Shown here piece by piece: positions 1-9,992 of a DNA stretch of 64,000 nucleotides. This DNA is from Elusimicrobiota bacterium (GTDB lineage: Bacteria; Elusimicrobiota; Endomicrobiia; Endomicrobiales; JBDRNC01): contig JBDRNC010000028.1 of NCBI GenBank assembly GCA_043811535.1, forward strand, positions 134,821 to 198,820, given 5' to 3'. The translations under genes were made by a program, and so were the position numbers. Each line of letters begins with the position of its first letter. The stretch's first letter is position 1. The notes beneath the pieces are model-generated. The model did no database searches and had not been told where the DNA came from. It saw only the letters and a list, made by a program, of their open reading frames with translations.

Positions 1-65
1 AGCAAGAAGTTAAGCGAATGAGTAAAGACAGCGAGTAAGCGAGTTAGCTAGTGAGCGGGTAAGTA

Positions 66-94
66 AAGACAAAAAACAATAAATATTGTATAAT
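66..94 (+). promoter_or_regulatory. Sigma70-like promoter for the tRNA-Glu transcript
   Basis: AAGACA (66-71), 17 nt spacer, TATAAT (89-94). Confidence 0.55.
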
Positions 95-106
95 ACGGTT
101 CGCATT

Positions 107-478
107 AATAGCTGCTGCCATCTTTTAGTTTTGGACAAGTCCTCGAAAGGGCCGCTGTCCCGCGAATAAGCGGGACGAGTCAGCGGCAGTTCGTGTCGTG
201 ACGAACAGGAGCGGCGAGTCACGAACGGGCACCGCAGCGGAGCGAGGATGCCCAAACAAGCCGGTGAGCGCCCCGGCCGACGCAGAGAGAATAACGCGGG
301 ATAAATATAAGATTATCGCAGTAACAATAGCTGCCGCCATCTTTTAGTTTTGGACAAGCCCTCGAAAGGGCCGCTGTCCCGCGAATAAGCGGGACGAGTC
401 AGCGGCGGGCGCGAGATGTGAGCGCCCCGGCCGACTTGAGAGAATAACGCAGGGCAAATATAAGATTATCGTAGTAAT
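107..478 (+). repeat. Two tandem related units (107-325, 326-478), each starting with a copy of the tRNA-Glu leader and 5' end
   Basis: AATAGCTGC(T/C)GCCATC at 107, 326 and 479. Both units share TTTTAGTTTTGGACAAG...GAGTCAGCGGC and TGAGCGCCCCGGCCGAC...AAATATAAGATTATCG. Confidence 0.85.
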
Positions 479-485
479 AATAGCT

Positions 486-562
486 GCCGCCATCGTCTAG
501 GGGTTTAGGACATCGCCCTCTCAAGGCGGAGATCGGGGGTTCAAATCCCCCTGGCGGCGCCA
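486..562 (+). tRNA. tRNA-Glu (anticodon CTC)
   Basis: Acceptor stem GCCGCCA/TGGCGGC, anticodon loop CT-CTC-AA, T-loop GGTTCAAATCC, encoded CCA. Confidence 0.95.
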
Positions 563-801
563 ATATCACCCTCTGAGTGAAATTTAGTCAGAGGGTTTTG
601 TATTGGAATGAGAGCAGGCAGGGATTTGAAGCCGACCCGAGCGCCGCCGAAGAGGCGGAAGAAAGCGAGGGCGGCCGGCTGCGAAGGAGGAGCGCCAGCG
701 ACGGGTGAGCAGAAATCCCCCTGGCGGCGCCAATATCACCCTCTGAGTGAAATTTGGTCAGAGGGTTTTGTATTGGAATGAGAGCAGGCAGGGATTTGAA
801 G
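543..801 (+). repeat. 89-nt direct repeat of the tRNA-Glu 3' end plus terminator (543-631 and 713-801)
   Basis: AAATCCCCCTGGCGGCGCCAATATCACCCTCTGAG...GGGATTTGAAG occurs twice with one mismatch; contains the hairpin CCCTCTGA/TCAGAGGG followed by TTTT. Confidence 0.9.
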
Positions 802-913
802 TCGACCTCCCTGTGAAACGGGGACTCCATTTAAGTATTGAAACGGAAGTCGCGAGCTGCGGCTGAAAAAAATACGAATAGTTGCTGCTCAATAAATAGG
901 TGGCGCAAAATAT

Positions 914-945
914 AAAAACCTTCCAATATTTATGGAAGGTTTTTT
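914..945. terminator. Bidirectional intrinsic terminator
   Basis: AAAAACCTTCCA-atattta-TGGAAGGTTTTTT just past the CDF stop codon. Confidence 0.7.
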
Positions 946-962
946 GTTTTTCTATTTCCTAT

Positions 963-1871
963 TCACTTTTTTCTATACTTGCAATTGACTATAAATGTGC
1001 AACCGAGACATTGCGCGTCGCAGGGCTCGCCGTGCACAAGTACCTTGGTATGTTTTATGATGTTCTCTATATCGTTTTCGATATGGTCGCTTATCCTGTG
1101 AAAATCCTGGATAGTCATTTTATAAGGTATCGTCATGTGAAGGTCTATGTGCTTCATTTTGCCGGAGCGCCTTGTCCGGAGCTCGTGGAAGTCCACAAAG
1201 ATATCGCTGTGCTCGGCGATGATGCCCTTCACCTTTCCGAGTTCATCCTCCGATAACTGGGCGTCCATGAGCGGATGGAAGGAGCGCATGAGCATTTCAT
1301 ACGATTCCTTGAGTATAAACAGCGCTATCAGTATGGCGACTATCGGGTCAAGTATGTGCAGGTCGAATATCCATATAAGCAGCAGCCCCGCGGCGACGCC
1401 CAAAGACGTGAAAACATCCGCTTTTAAATGAAGGGCGTCGGCTTCTATCGCGACGGATTCTTCTTCTTTCGCGACTTTATAGAGTTTCGCGGAAACAATG
1501 ATGTTCACAATAGCAGAAATGGCCATAACGGCAAAACCAAGCCCGACATGCTCAACCTCAGTGCCTTTCATCATCTTCTTTATCGCTTCAACAATGATGA
1601 TAAAGGAGGCTATAAGGATAAGTATGGCTTCTATGACGCCGGAAATGTTTTCAGCTTTTTCATGGCCGAACGGGTGGCTCTTGTCCGGCGGTTTGTCTGA
1701 TACCTTTACGGAAATAAAGGCGATTATCGCGGCTATCAGGTCCATCGTGGAATGGATGGCTTCTGAAATAATGGATACTGCCCCCGTCATGATGCCCACG
1801 ACGAGCTTTATCAGTATCAAACCGGAGTTGGAGATTATGGAAAGCTTCGCTACATCGGTTTTTCTGCTCAT
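963..1871 (-). CDS. Cation diffusion facilitator (FieF-like) metal transporter
   Basis: SEAIHS..D, HPFGHEKAE and ADALHLKAD motifs; TM helices plus C-terminal dimerisation domain. Confidence 0.92.
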   Translation of the reverse strand: MSRKTDVAKLSIISNSGLILIKLVVGIMTGAVSIISEAIHSTMDLIAAIIAFISVKVSDKPPDKSHPFGHEKAENISGVIEAILILIASFIIIVEAIKKMMKGTEVEHVGLGFAVMAISAIVNIIVSAKLYKVAKEEESVAIEADALHLKADVFTSLGVAAGLLLIWIFDLHILDPIVAILIALFILKESYEMLMRSFHPLMDAQLSEDELGKVKGIIAEHSDIFVDFHELRTRRSGKMKHIDLHMTIPYKMTIQDFHRISDHIENDIENIIKHTKVLVHGEPCDAQCLGCTFIVNCKYRKK

Positions 1872-1961
1872 TCTTGGTACAATTTAGCAAATAAAACGGT
1901 CCAGGTCAATTCACAAACTTGATGGAAAAACAATAATAAATAATGTAGAATTAGTAGGCGC

Positions 1962-3383
1962 ATGAACCTGATAAAGATTGACGAATGCCGCTGGGAAATC
2001 CCCAAAACCGGCAAGATGAGGGTTCCCGGCATAATATACGCTTCCGAACAGATGATAAGCCACATTATTGGAGAAAAGGCCGCCGAGCAGGTGGCGAACG
2101 TGGCGGCGCTGCCGGGCATAATTGACAAAGCGATGGCGATGCCTGACATTCACTGGGGCTACGGTTTTCCCATAGGCGGCGTCGCGGCTTTTGACGCCGA
2201 AGAAGGCGTTATTTCGCCGGGCGGTATCGGCTACGACATAAACTGCGGCGTCAGACTGCTCAGGACCAACCTGCAATTCAAGGAAATCGAAAAGAAAGTA
2301 CCGGCGCTTGTTGACGCGCTTTTTACGAATATCCCCTCCGGCGTGGGTTCTACCGGGAAACTTAACCTGTCGAAGGATGAAGTGATGCAGGTGCTGGAGC
2401 AGGGCTCCCACTGGGCCGTTAAGAAAGGTTTCGGGAGTCCCGACGACCTCGCGCACACGGAAGAGGAAGGCCGCATGGAAGGCGCGGACGGGTCGGCGGC
2501 AAGCAGCAGGGCTCTTGAGCGCGGCAGGGAACAGCTTGGAACTTTAGGCGCCGGCAACCATTTCCTTGAAATACAGGAAGTTGAAACAATATACGATAAC
2601 GGCATTTCCGGCGCGTTCGGCCTGTTTGAAGGGCAGATGACCGTGATGATACACACGGGGTCCCGGGGGCTCGGGTACCAGATATGCGATGATAATCTGA
2701 AAATCCTGCAGGAAGCTTCGCGCAGGTACGGCATTGAACTGCCTGACCGCCAGCTCGCCTGCGCGCCGGTGAAATCGCCGGAGGGCCGCAAGTATTTTTC
2801 GGCCATGGCGGGCGCTGCCAATTACGCCTGGACCAACAGGCAGATAATAACACACTGGGTCCGGGAAACGCTGATGCGGGCGCTCGGTAAAACGCCGAAA
2901 GAATTAGGTCTTGAAGTTGTCTACGATGTAGCGCATAATATAGGTAAGTTTGAGGAACACGCCGGCAGGAAGATGATAGTCCACAGGAAGGGCGCCACGC
3001 GCGCCTTCTCAGCGGGCAGCCGCGGCATACCGGATGATTACCGCGCTACGGGCCAGCCCGTGTTGATACCGGGCACGATGGGAACCGAATCATACGTGCT
3101 AGTGGGTACGGAAGAAGCGATGAAACAGACATGGGGTTCCACATGCCACGGCGCGGGAAGGATGATGAGCCGGACCCAGGCCCGCCACGGCGGGCGCGGC
3201 GAAGATCTCGCGAAAGAACTCGGGAAGAAAGGGATCACCGTAAAAGCCGATTCCTGGAAAACCCTTGCCGAAGAGGCCCCATCGGCGTATAAAAATGTTA
3301 ACGAAGTCGTTGATATATGCGGTTCGGCGGGAATATCCCGCAAGGTCGCGAAACTGAAACCCAAGGGCGTAATAAAAGGATAA
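1962..3383 (+). CDS. rtcB: RNA ligase RtcB
   Basis: MPDIHWGYGFPIGGV, GYDINCGVRL, QLGTLGAGNHFLE, HRKGATRAF, STCHGAGR. Confidence 0.97.
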   Translation: MNLIKIDECRWEIPKTGKMRVPGIIYASEQMISHIIGEKAAEQVANVAALPGIIDKAMAMPDIHWGYGFPIGGVAAFDAEEGVISPGGIGYDINCGVRLLRTNLQFKEIEKKVPALVDALFTNIPSGVGSTGKLNLSKDEVMQVLEQGSHWAVKKGFGSPDDLAHTEEEGRMEGADGSAASSRALERGREQLGTLGAGNHFLEIQEVETIYDNGISGAFGLFEGQMTVMIHTGSRGLGYQICDDNLKILQEASRRYGIELPDRQLACAPVKSPEGRKYFSAMAGAANYAWTNRQIITHWVRETLMRALGKTPKELGLEVVYDVAHNIGKFEEHAGRKMIVHRKGATRAFSAGSRGIPDDYRATGQPVLIPGTMGTESYVLVGTEEAMKQTWGSTCHGAGRMMSRTQARHGGRGEDLAKELGKKGITVKADSWKTLAEEAPSAYKNVNEVVDICGSAGISRKVAKLKPKGVIKG

Positions 3384-3483
3384 ATTCTAGCGTTCAGCGG
3401 ATAGCGTATAGCGGATAGGAACGACAAAGACTTTCTATACGTTAAACGCTACACGCTATACGCTAATACCAAGAGGTAAACAA

Positions 3484-4758
3484 ATGTTGGACATTAAGAT
3501 GATTCGTGAAAATCCTGACTTGATCAGAACCGGCCTTGAACGCAGGGGCCAGGAAATCAAGCTCGGTGAGCTGCTTGAGTGGGACGAAGAACGCAGAAAA
3601 CTGATGGGCCAGATCGAGGCGATGAGAAATAAGCGCAACAAGGCCGCCGAAGACATTGCCAGAAACAAGAAAGAAGGAAAAGAGCCCTCGGAATCACTCG
3701 TGGCCGAGATGGATGCCGTCAGGGAAGAGATAAAGGAAAAGGAGCGTTTTCTTCTTTCACTGGAACAGAAGATAGAGGATTTCCTCTTAAGGGTGCCTAA
3801 CATCCCGGATGAAAGCGTTCCGGCCGGTAAGGGCGAGCAGCAGAATAAAGTCGTGTGCGAGCACGGCACCGTGCCCATATACAATTTCCCCGCCAAGACT
3901 CACTGGGACATCGGCGAAAAACTCGGCATACTGGATTTTGCCGCCGCGGCGAAAATATCGGGCGCCAGGTTCGCGCTACTGAAGGATAAAGGCTGCGCGC
4001 TCGAAAGGGCTCTGATCAGCTTTTTTCTGGACACACATACCGCGCGCGGCTATAAAGAGGTTTTCGCCCCCTATCTCGTCAGCCGGGAATCCATGCAGGG
4101 GACGGGGCAGCTTCCGAAATTTGAAGAAGAGCTGTTCAGGTGTAGGGACGAGGAACTGTACCTGCTGCCGACCGCGGAGGTTTCCGTCACGAACATACAC
4201 AGGGATGATTTCCTGGAAGAAAAACAACTGCCCATCAAGTACGTGTCGTATTCCGCGTGTTTCAGGCGCGAGGCCGGTTCTTACGGAAAGGACACGAAAG
4301 GCCTCATACGGAACCACCAATTCAATAAGGTGGAACTTGTAAAATTTGTCAAGCCGGAAGACTCGATGGCGGAACTGGAATCCCTCACAAACGACGCGGA
4401 AGAAGTCCTGAAAAAGTTGGGCCTTGTTTACAGGGTGATTGAACTTTGCACGGGCGATCTCGGGTTTTCGTCGTCAAAGACTTACGATCTGGAAGTATGG
4501 ATGCCGGGAGAAAAACGCTGGCGCGAGATCTCGTCCTGCTCCAACTTTAAGGATTTCCAGTCCCGCAGGATGAATATAAAGGTAAAACGGCAGAACAAGA
4601 GCAAAGATCTCGTCCATACGTTGAACGGGTCGGGAGTGGCTGTCGGCCGGACTTTCGCGGCGATACTTGAGAATTTCCAGCAAAAGGACGGCTCTATTGT
4701 GGTACCGGAAGTACTGAGACCATACACCAAATTCGACAAAATAGAAGTTTCAAAATAA
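3484..4758 (+). CDS. serS: Seryl-tRNA synthetase
   Basis: MLDIK N-terminal coiled coil, [45 protein letters not shown]. Confidence 0.98.
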   Translation: MLDIKMIRENPDLIRTGLERRGQEIKLGELLEWDEERRKLMGQIEAMRNKRNKAAEDIARNKKEGKEPSESLVAEMDAVREEIKEKERFLLSLEQKIEDFLLRVPNIPDESVPAGKGEQQNKVVCEHGTVPIYNFPAKTHWDIGEKLGILDFAAAAKISGARFALLKDKGCALERALISFFLDTHTARGYKEVFAPYLVSRESMQGTGQLPKFEEELFRCRDEELYLLPTAEVSVTNIHRDDFLEEKQLPIKYVSYSACFRREAGSYGKDTKGLIRNHQFNKVELVKFVKPEDSMAELESLTNDAEEVLKKLGLVYRVIELCTGDLGFSSSKTYDLEVWMPGEKRWREISSCSNFKDFQSRRMNIKVKRQNKSKDLVHTLNGSGVAVGRTFAAILENFQQKDGSIVVPEVLRPYTKFDKIEVSK

Positions 4759-4861
4759 GCAGGGGGACTTAAGTCCTCCCCCATGCCATCGGGCAGCCGG
4801 TAGACGGCGCTTAAGGGCTGGCTACTATAAGTTTTATGGCCTTAGCAATCTATTCATAAGC

Positions 4862-5860
4862 ATGAATATCACATTTCATCGCGGGATGTTCGGCTCAAAA
4901 TGGGGATGGCTTCGGATCATTCCCATCGCGGCTTTCCTTGTCGTGGGAGTATGCGTATTAATAGGGCTCGGAGAACATGAAACCAATCGCGTATTCGGAT
5001 ATTTCCACGAGATCGCGGGGATATCGGCGGGATTCGGGCTTTTCCTTTTCGGATTCATGGTGTTGAAGAAGAAATGGCTCATTGATAACACGCCTACCTC
5101 GAAAATCCGCTCGGTCGCGATGGGTTTTTCCGAAGTTAAGGGCAAGGCAAGGGAAAAATACGGCCTTAAGAGCCGGATAACGCTGTGCGAGTGCGTCTTT
5201 TTCAAGTTCATGATAGAAAAAAGAGTGAAGGATTCAAAGGGACGGACGCACTGGGAAATTCTTGAACAAGGCAGTTCCACTAATTATTTCTATATAGAGG
5301 ACGACACGGGAAAATTGCTCGTAGACCCGCTTGACGCGGAGATTGTCATGCCACCCGATTACGCGTACACGGAAGGCGATAAGCGCTATACGGAATGGTG
5401 CTTGCAGTCCGGTGACCAGGCATACGTGCTTGGAACGGTGAAAAAATTCAGGGATTACATAACCGATAGGAAAGAAAAGCTGACGGCTAAGCTGCGCGGC
5501 CTCAAGGCGGACAAGAAAAAAATGATGGAATTTGACGCCAATAAGGACGGCCAGATATGCGGCGAAGAGTGGGACAAAGCCGTTAAGGCGGTGGAAGAAG
5601 AACTTCTCAGAGAAGAGCTTCAGAACCCGCAACCCGAAGGCGACGACATAGTTATTGCCAAAGGGGACGCGGAAAAGACGTTTATATTATCCGACCGGAG
5701 TGAGAACGAAGTTTCCCGAAAGATGTTCATTTCATGCGTAACTTTTGTTATAATAGGTATTGTTCTCGTAACAGGTTTATCAGTATCCTTGACAGCAAGA
5801 ATCGGTCTACTGCCGGATTACATGGTAATACCATGGGAGACGTTTTACAGCGACGATTGA
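4862..5860 (+). CDS. GIDE-domain-like membrane protein with an EF-hand-like loop
   Basis: N- and C-terminal TM segments; TPTSKIRSVAMG..EVKG and FYIEDDTGKLLVDP; DANKDGQICGEEW; next to lemA. Confidence 0.65.
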   Translation: MNITFHRGMFGSKWGWLRIIPIAAFLVVGVCVLIGLGEHETNRVFGYFHEIAGISAGFGLFLFGFMVLKKKWLIDNTPTSKIRSVAMGFSEVKGKAREKYGLKSRITLCECVFFKFMIEKRVKDSKGRTHWEILEQGSSTNYFYIEDDTGKLLVDPLDAEIVMPPDYAYTEGDKRYTEWCLQSGDQAYVLGTVKKFRDYITDRKEKLTAKLRGLKADKKKMMEFDANKDGQICGEEWDKAVKAVEEELLREELQNPQPEGDDIVIAKGDAEKTFILSDRSENEVSRKMFISCVTFVIIGIVLVTGLSVSLTARIGLLPDYMVIPWETFYSDD

Positions 5861-5998
5861 TAAGTTAATATATTGTGTAATGTTTGATGTTAAATGTTTA
5901 ATGAATTCAGACAACATCACTTCTGAAGTTGCCACTTATTTTCATTACACATTACACTTTACGCATTAAACATTGCTGCAAATATTAGGGAGGTATAA

Positions 5999-6580
5999 AT
6001 GGGCATGGGCATAGCGCTTGTTTTTCTTGTTCTTATTGGTATGGTCGCTCTCGGGGTGGTCATTTATGCCATAGGTATCTATAACCAGCTCATTCAAATC
6101 AAGGTAAACGTGGACAAATCGTGGGCGAACATAGACGTCCTTTTAAAGCAGAGATACGACGAGATACCGAAACTTGTCAAGGTATGCGAGGGCTACATGA
6201 AATTCGAGCAGGCAACGCTTGAAAAAGTAACGCTTGCCAGGACAAGGTATCTTGAGGCGAAAAGCCCCGGCCAGGTAGCACAGGCGGATTCCATGCTGAC
6301 AGGTGCGTTGAAATCGCTGTTCGCGGTTTCCGAGAGTTATCCGGATTTGAAAGCGAACAACAATTTCATGCAGCTGCAGCAAAGAGTGAGCTACCTGGAA
6401 AACCAGATAGCCGACAGGCGCGAGTTTTACAACGACTCGGTCGGGGTATACAACGCGCGCATTAAGCAGATACCCGAAGTCTTCGTGGCCAACGCGATGG
6501 GATTTACAGACAGAGAAATGTACAAGGTGGCCGAATCGGAAAAGGTTTCGCCGGACATTAAATTTGACATGCCTAAATGA
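5999..6580 (+). CDS. lemA: LemA family protein
   Basis: N-terminal TM, YNQLI, WANIDVLLKQRYDEIP, ESYPDLKAN, RREFYND. Confidence 0.95.
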   Translation: MGMGIALVFLVLIGMVALGVVIYAIGIYNQLIQIKVNVDKSWANIDVLLKQRYDEIPKLVKVCEGYMKFEQATLEKVTLARTRYLEAKSPGQVAQADSMLTGALKSLFAVSESYPDLKANNNFMQLQQRVSYLENQIADRREFYNDSVGVYNARIKQIPEVFVANAMGFTDREMYKVAESEKVSPDIKFDMPK

Positions 6581-6643
6581 CTCGGAGCGAAGCCCTGAGT
6601 CATCCCCGAATGTATTAATCGGGGATCCATTAGAATTGAATAT

Positions 6644-7759
6644 ATGAGCAAGATTATAATATCCGTATCCGATCAGCAAAACGCGCAGGAAATAAAGAAA
6701 GCGCTGGCCCAGGCGGGATTTCAAGTCGTTGAGACAAGGAACAATTTGCCGCTGCGCGCGCAGATTTCCGTGCAGAACCCCGACATGATTATCGCGGACG
6801 AAGATATAGTGGAAAACGAAGGCCCCGATCTGAAAAAGCTGTTTCCGGACAAGCCGATAGTGGCATGGATGAGCCGGCACAGCGCGAAAGTGGCGGTCGA
6901 ACTCATTACAGAGGGAGCCTTTGACTGCACGTCGCCTCCGCTGGATCCCAAAACGCTGATAGGCATAGTAGAATACGCGTTAAAGAAGGCAAAAGTAGTT
7001 GAGCACGAAACCGAGTTCATGAGAAAATATCTCAGCGGGCTCGTAATCGCCCTGATCGCCGTTGTCGCGTTCGCCGTCAGCGTCTTTTTTATAAGGGATC
7101 TCGCGGATTACCGGAAACCAAAAACATTCTCGCTGACTTTCCAGAACCCGACCGGGGTATTCTGCAGCGGGAATACGTTGTGGGTTTCGGACTGGTACAC
7201 GCAGAGCATTTATAAATACAGGACCGGGAAGAACCTGAAGCTTTTAAAGACCTACTATTTCCAGGGGCATAACCCGAATTCGGTGGCTTTCATAGACGGT
7301 CTGCTGTGGATAATAGATTCCGGCGGAAGTATAAGAAGATACGAGGTGAAGGACGATGAGCTTATATTCCACAGCTCTTTCAAGACGCCCGGCGCTTCGC
7401 CGACGGGCTTCTGGCAGGAAAATAAGTACTTCTGGAGCCTCGACGCGGAAGAAGGCGCTATATTCGAGCACCTGCTGAAAGAGCCCGAGGATATAGTGGC
7501 GAGATACACGTATCCCGGGCTTATGCCCATAGGGATATATTATGACGGCGAGTATTTCTGGACGGCGGAAGGAAGAACCGGGAAAATTTACAGGCATTTC
7601 GGGCCCGACAGGGACTTCCAGATAAACGCCACGTATACGATAATCCCCGAAGGCGGAGGGACGCTGGCGGGCCTCAGCGGGGACGGCGCGAATCTCTGGC
7701 TCGTGTTTTCCGGCCAGCCGGCAAAGGTCATGCGGTATCCTACAAAGAAACTTAAGTAA
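6644..7759 (+). CDS. Atypical receiver domain + TM + extracytoplasmic beta-propeller-like domain
   Basis: REC-like N-terminus, one TM at about aa 130-150, repeats such as PTGV..SG.TLWVSD and PIGIYYDGEYFWTAE. Confidence 0.6.
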   Translation: MSKIIISVSDQQNAQEIKKALAQAGFQVVETRNNLPLRAQISVQNPDMIIADEDIVENEGPDLKKLFPDKPIVAWMSRHSAKVAVELITEGAFDCTSPPLDPKTLIGIVEYALKKAKVVEHETEFMRKYLSGLVIALIAVVAFAVSVFFIRDLADYRKPKTFSLTFQNPTGVFCSGNTLWVSDWYTQSIYKYRTGKNLKLLKTYYFQGHNPNSVAFIDGLLWIIDSGGSIRRYEVKDDELIFHSSFKTPGASPTGFWQENKYFWSLDAEEGAIFEHLLKEPEDIVARYTYPGLMPIGIYYDGEYFWTAEGRTGKIYRHFGPDRDFQINATYTIIPEGGGTLAGLSGDGANLWLVFSGQPAKVMRYPTKKLK

Positions 7760-7906
7760 GACCGTTAAAAAAAATCAACGGTCTTGATTACATAGATTAG
7801 GAAAAGAGATTACACAGAAACACCGACCAAACTTAATCTGTGTAATCTCTTAAGAATCACTGTAATTAGAGATTATTGATTTTTCAATAATCTCAAAAAG
7901 GCAATT

Positions 7907-8272
7907 ATGGCGATAGATTGGCGGCGCAGACATACAAGGATGGCCTGTTTTCTGCCTTCCTATATAAATTATTCGGTCCTTATAAACGTTAAGTCCGAAG
8001 GCGGGGGCGGCGGCGACGGTTGGGGCGTAATCCAGGATATCAGCATGGGCGGGATAAGGATAGAAACTCGCGTGCCCATCCAGGTGGGCCAAGCGATGTT
8101 CATAAGCTTCGGCATTTCCGATAATTTCACGTTCGCCAACACCAAATGCGTGGTCAAGAGGATTACAAGGATAGGGATATACTATATATGCGGGCTTGAA
8201 TTCGTCAATCTCGTTGACAGGCAGCACCTGAAAGACGCGCTGGAACACATGATTTTGTTTGACAATGAATAA
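7907..8272 (+). CDS. PilZ domain protein
   Basis: RRRHTR (RxxxR) and DISMGG (DxSxxG); ends with GLEF. Confidence 0.85.
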   Translation: MAIDWRRRHTRMACFLPSYINYSVLINVKSEGGGGGDGWGVIQDISMGGIRIETRVPIQVGQAMFISFGISDNFTFANTKCVVKRITRIGIYYICGLEFVNLVDRQHLKDALEHMILFDNE

Positions 8273-8281
8273 CATTTAAGA

Positions 8282-8420
8282 CAAACACCAAACACTAAAC
8301 TCTAAATACTAAATAAACTCAAAGCAACAAACACAAAACACAAACACGGCAGTTTTGTTTGAAATTTGAATTTATTATTTTGTGTTTATTTAGTGTTTGG
8401 AGTTTTGTATTTAGTATTTA
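8282..8420. repeat. Palindromic heptamer-type repeat (similar architecture at 3389-3466, 5873-5974, 8807-8868)
   Basis: Short tandem units (e.g. CTAAACA/CTAAATA) followed by their reverse complements. Confidence 0.6.
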
Positions 8421-8453
8421 ACGAATGACTGGGGTTACGGAAATAGGATTTCT

Positions 8454-8801
8454 GTGATAAAAAGAAAAAACGATCAAAAAACCGAAATGAGGAAGGAAAT
8501 ACGGGGCGGGCCGGGCGAGGTGCGCATGACGCACCACCTTCAAAAGGAAGATTTTACCGCCAAATGCAGGCTTTGCGCGAAATTAGTTCTACCCCCCGGC
8601 TCGGGGATCGGACTGCACGAACATAAGGATGAGGATGAAGTATTCATAATACAGCAGGGCAAAGGCGAGATGGACGATAACGGAAAGAAAATTGAGATTA
8701 ATGCCGGAGACGCGGTGATAACGGGAAAAGGCAGCACACACTCCATACTTAATACCGGAAATGAAGACCTTATAGTTACCGCAATAATAATACAATACTG
8801 A
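8454..8801 (+). CDS. Cupin domain protein
   Basis: GLHEH..EDE and G..HSI.NTG cupin motifs. Confidence 0.9.
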   Translation: MIKRKNDQKTEMRKEIRGGPGEVRMTHHLQKEDFTAKCRLCAKLVLPPGSGIGLHEHKDEDEVFIIQQGKGEMDDNGKKIEINAGDAVITGKGSTHSILNTGNEDLIVTAIIIQY

Positions 8802-8873
8802 TAAAACCGTATTCCGTCGTCCGTCGTTCGTTAACAGAATACTGAATACGAAATACGGACGACGGTATTTAAC

Positions 8874-9977
8874 ATGGAATTTCCTAAAGAAGTAATGCTG
8901 CCTCAGAAAACTATTTTCGCGTCCGGCGCGTCCTCGCGAATCGCGGAGGAATCGCTGTCGTTCGGAAATGAAGGCCTCATTGTGCACGGGCGTTCCCTGG
9001 AGAAAAGCGGGAAGCTCGAGGAGATCCTTAAAATATTCCCCTCCCCGGCAAAAATAAGCACTATATGCAGAAGCAGCGGCGAGCCGGATATTGAAGAGGT
9101 TTCAGGCGCTGTCGCGGCTGCGCGAAAGATCGGCGCCAAATGGATCGCAGGGATAGGAGGCGGAAGCGCGCTTGACCTTGCGAAAGCGGCGGCCGGGCTT
9201 TATAACGCAAAGGAGAACCCGTCGTATTATCAGGAAGACGGCAAACTGAAAGAAAGGGGCATACCGTTCATAGCGGCGCCCACAACGGCCGGAACCGGCT
9301 CCGAGGCCACCGTGAATTCAGTCATAATCAACAGGCAGAAAAACTCAAAACTTTCAATACGGGACAACAGTTTTCTCGCCAAGACCGTCATTCTCGACCC
9401 GGAACTGCTGAAAGGGACGCCGAAAGAGATAATCAGTTCGGCCGGGATGGACGCCCTCGTGCAGGCCTATGAGGCGTATATCTCAAAGAACTCCACAAGA
9501 TTCACCGATATGTACGCGCTGCGCGCGCTGTCCCTTATAAACCAGAATATACTTGGAGCGCACAAATCTCCCAACGATGAAAATCTCTCGGCGATGTTGA
9601 TAGGGAGTTATTACGCGGGCATCGCTCTCGCGCACGCGCGTCTCGGCGTGATCCACGGCATTGCGCACCCGCTCGGCGTATTGTACGGCAAGCCGCACGG
9701 GCTGATATGCGCGCTGTGCCTGCCCGCTTCCGTCAAATTGAACAGGGAAGCGATGGGAAAGAAGTATAAATACATCAGCACCGATACAGGCATAGATTTT
9801 CTTGAGAGAGCGCAGGTGCTGCTGGATATGTTGATGATAAAATCGCCGTTCAAGGGCAGGGAGATAATAGAGAAGGAAAAAATAATTGACGAGACGCTCG
9901 AGTCAAGCTCAACCGCGGCAAATCCCAAGCCTATTACCCGCGGCGACGTGGAGTTCCTTCTGAAAGAACTGTTTTGA
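8874..9977 (+). CDS. Iron-containing alcohol dehydrogenase
   Basis: GIGGGSALD, PTTAGTGSE, DALVQA.E, HGIAH, PHG. Confidence 0.92.
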   Translation: MEFPKEVMLPQKTIFASGASSRIAEESLSFGNEGLIVHGRSLEKSGKLEEILKIFPSPAKISTICRSSGEPDIEEVSGAVAAARKIGAKWIAGIGGGSALDLAKAAAGLYNAKENPSYYQEDGKLKERGIPFIAAPTTAGTGSEATVNSVIINRQKNSKLSIRDNSFLAKTVILDPELLKGTPKEIISSAGMDALVQAYEAYISKNSTRFTDMYALRALSLINQNILGAHKSPNDENLSAMLIGSYYAGIALAHARLGVIHGIAHPLGVLYGKPHGLICALCLPASVKLNREAMGKKYKYISTDTGIDFLERAQVLLDMLMIKSPFKGREIIEKEKIIDETLESSSTAANPKPITRGDVEFLLKELF

Positions 9978-9992
9978 ATTACATAGAAATAT

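Noticed and set aside
107..801. CRISPR array
   Set aside because: Units are long and irregular, derive from tRNA ends, and no cas genes are present.
10..830. Short ORFs 10-255, 125-340 and 588-830
   Set aside because: They overlap tRNA-linked repeats and show no protein motifs.
1962..4758. rtcB-serS as a special RNA repair system
   Set aside because: No rtcA, rtcR, archease or Ro/Y RNA is seen, and neither tRNA here has an intron.
4760..4830. Possible ncRNA after serS
   Set aside because: Only short hairpins are present, with no recognisable family features.
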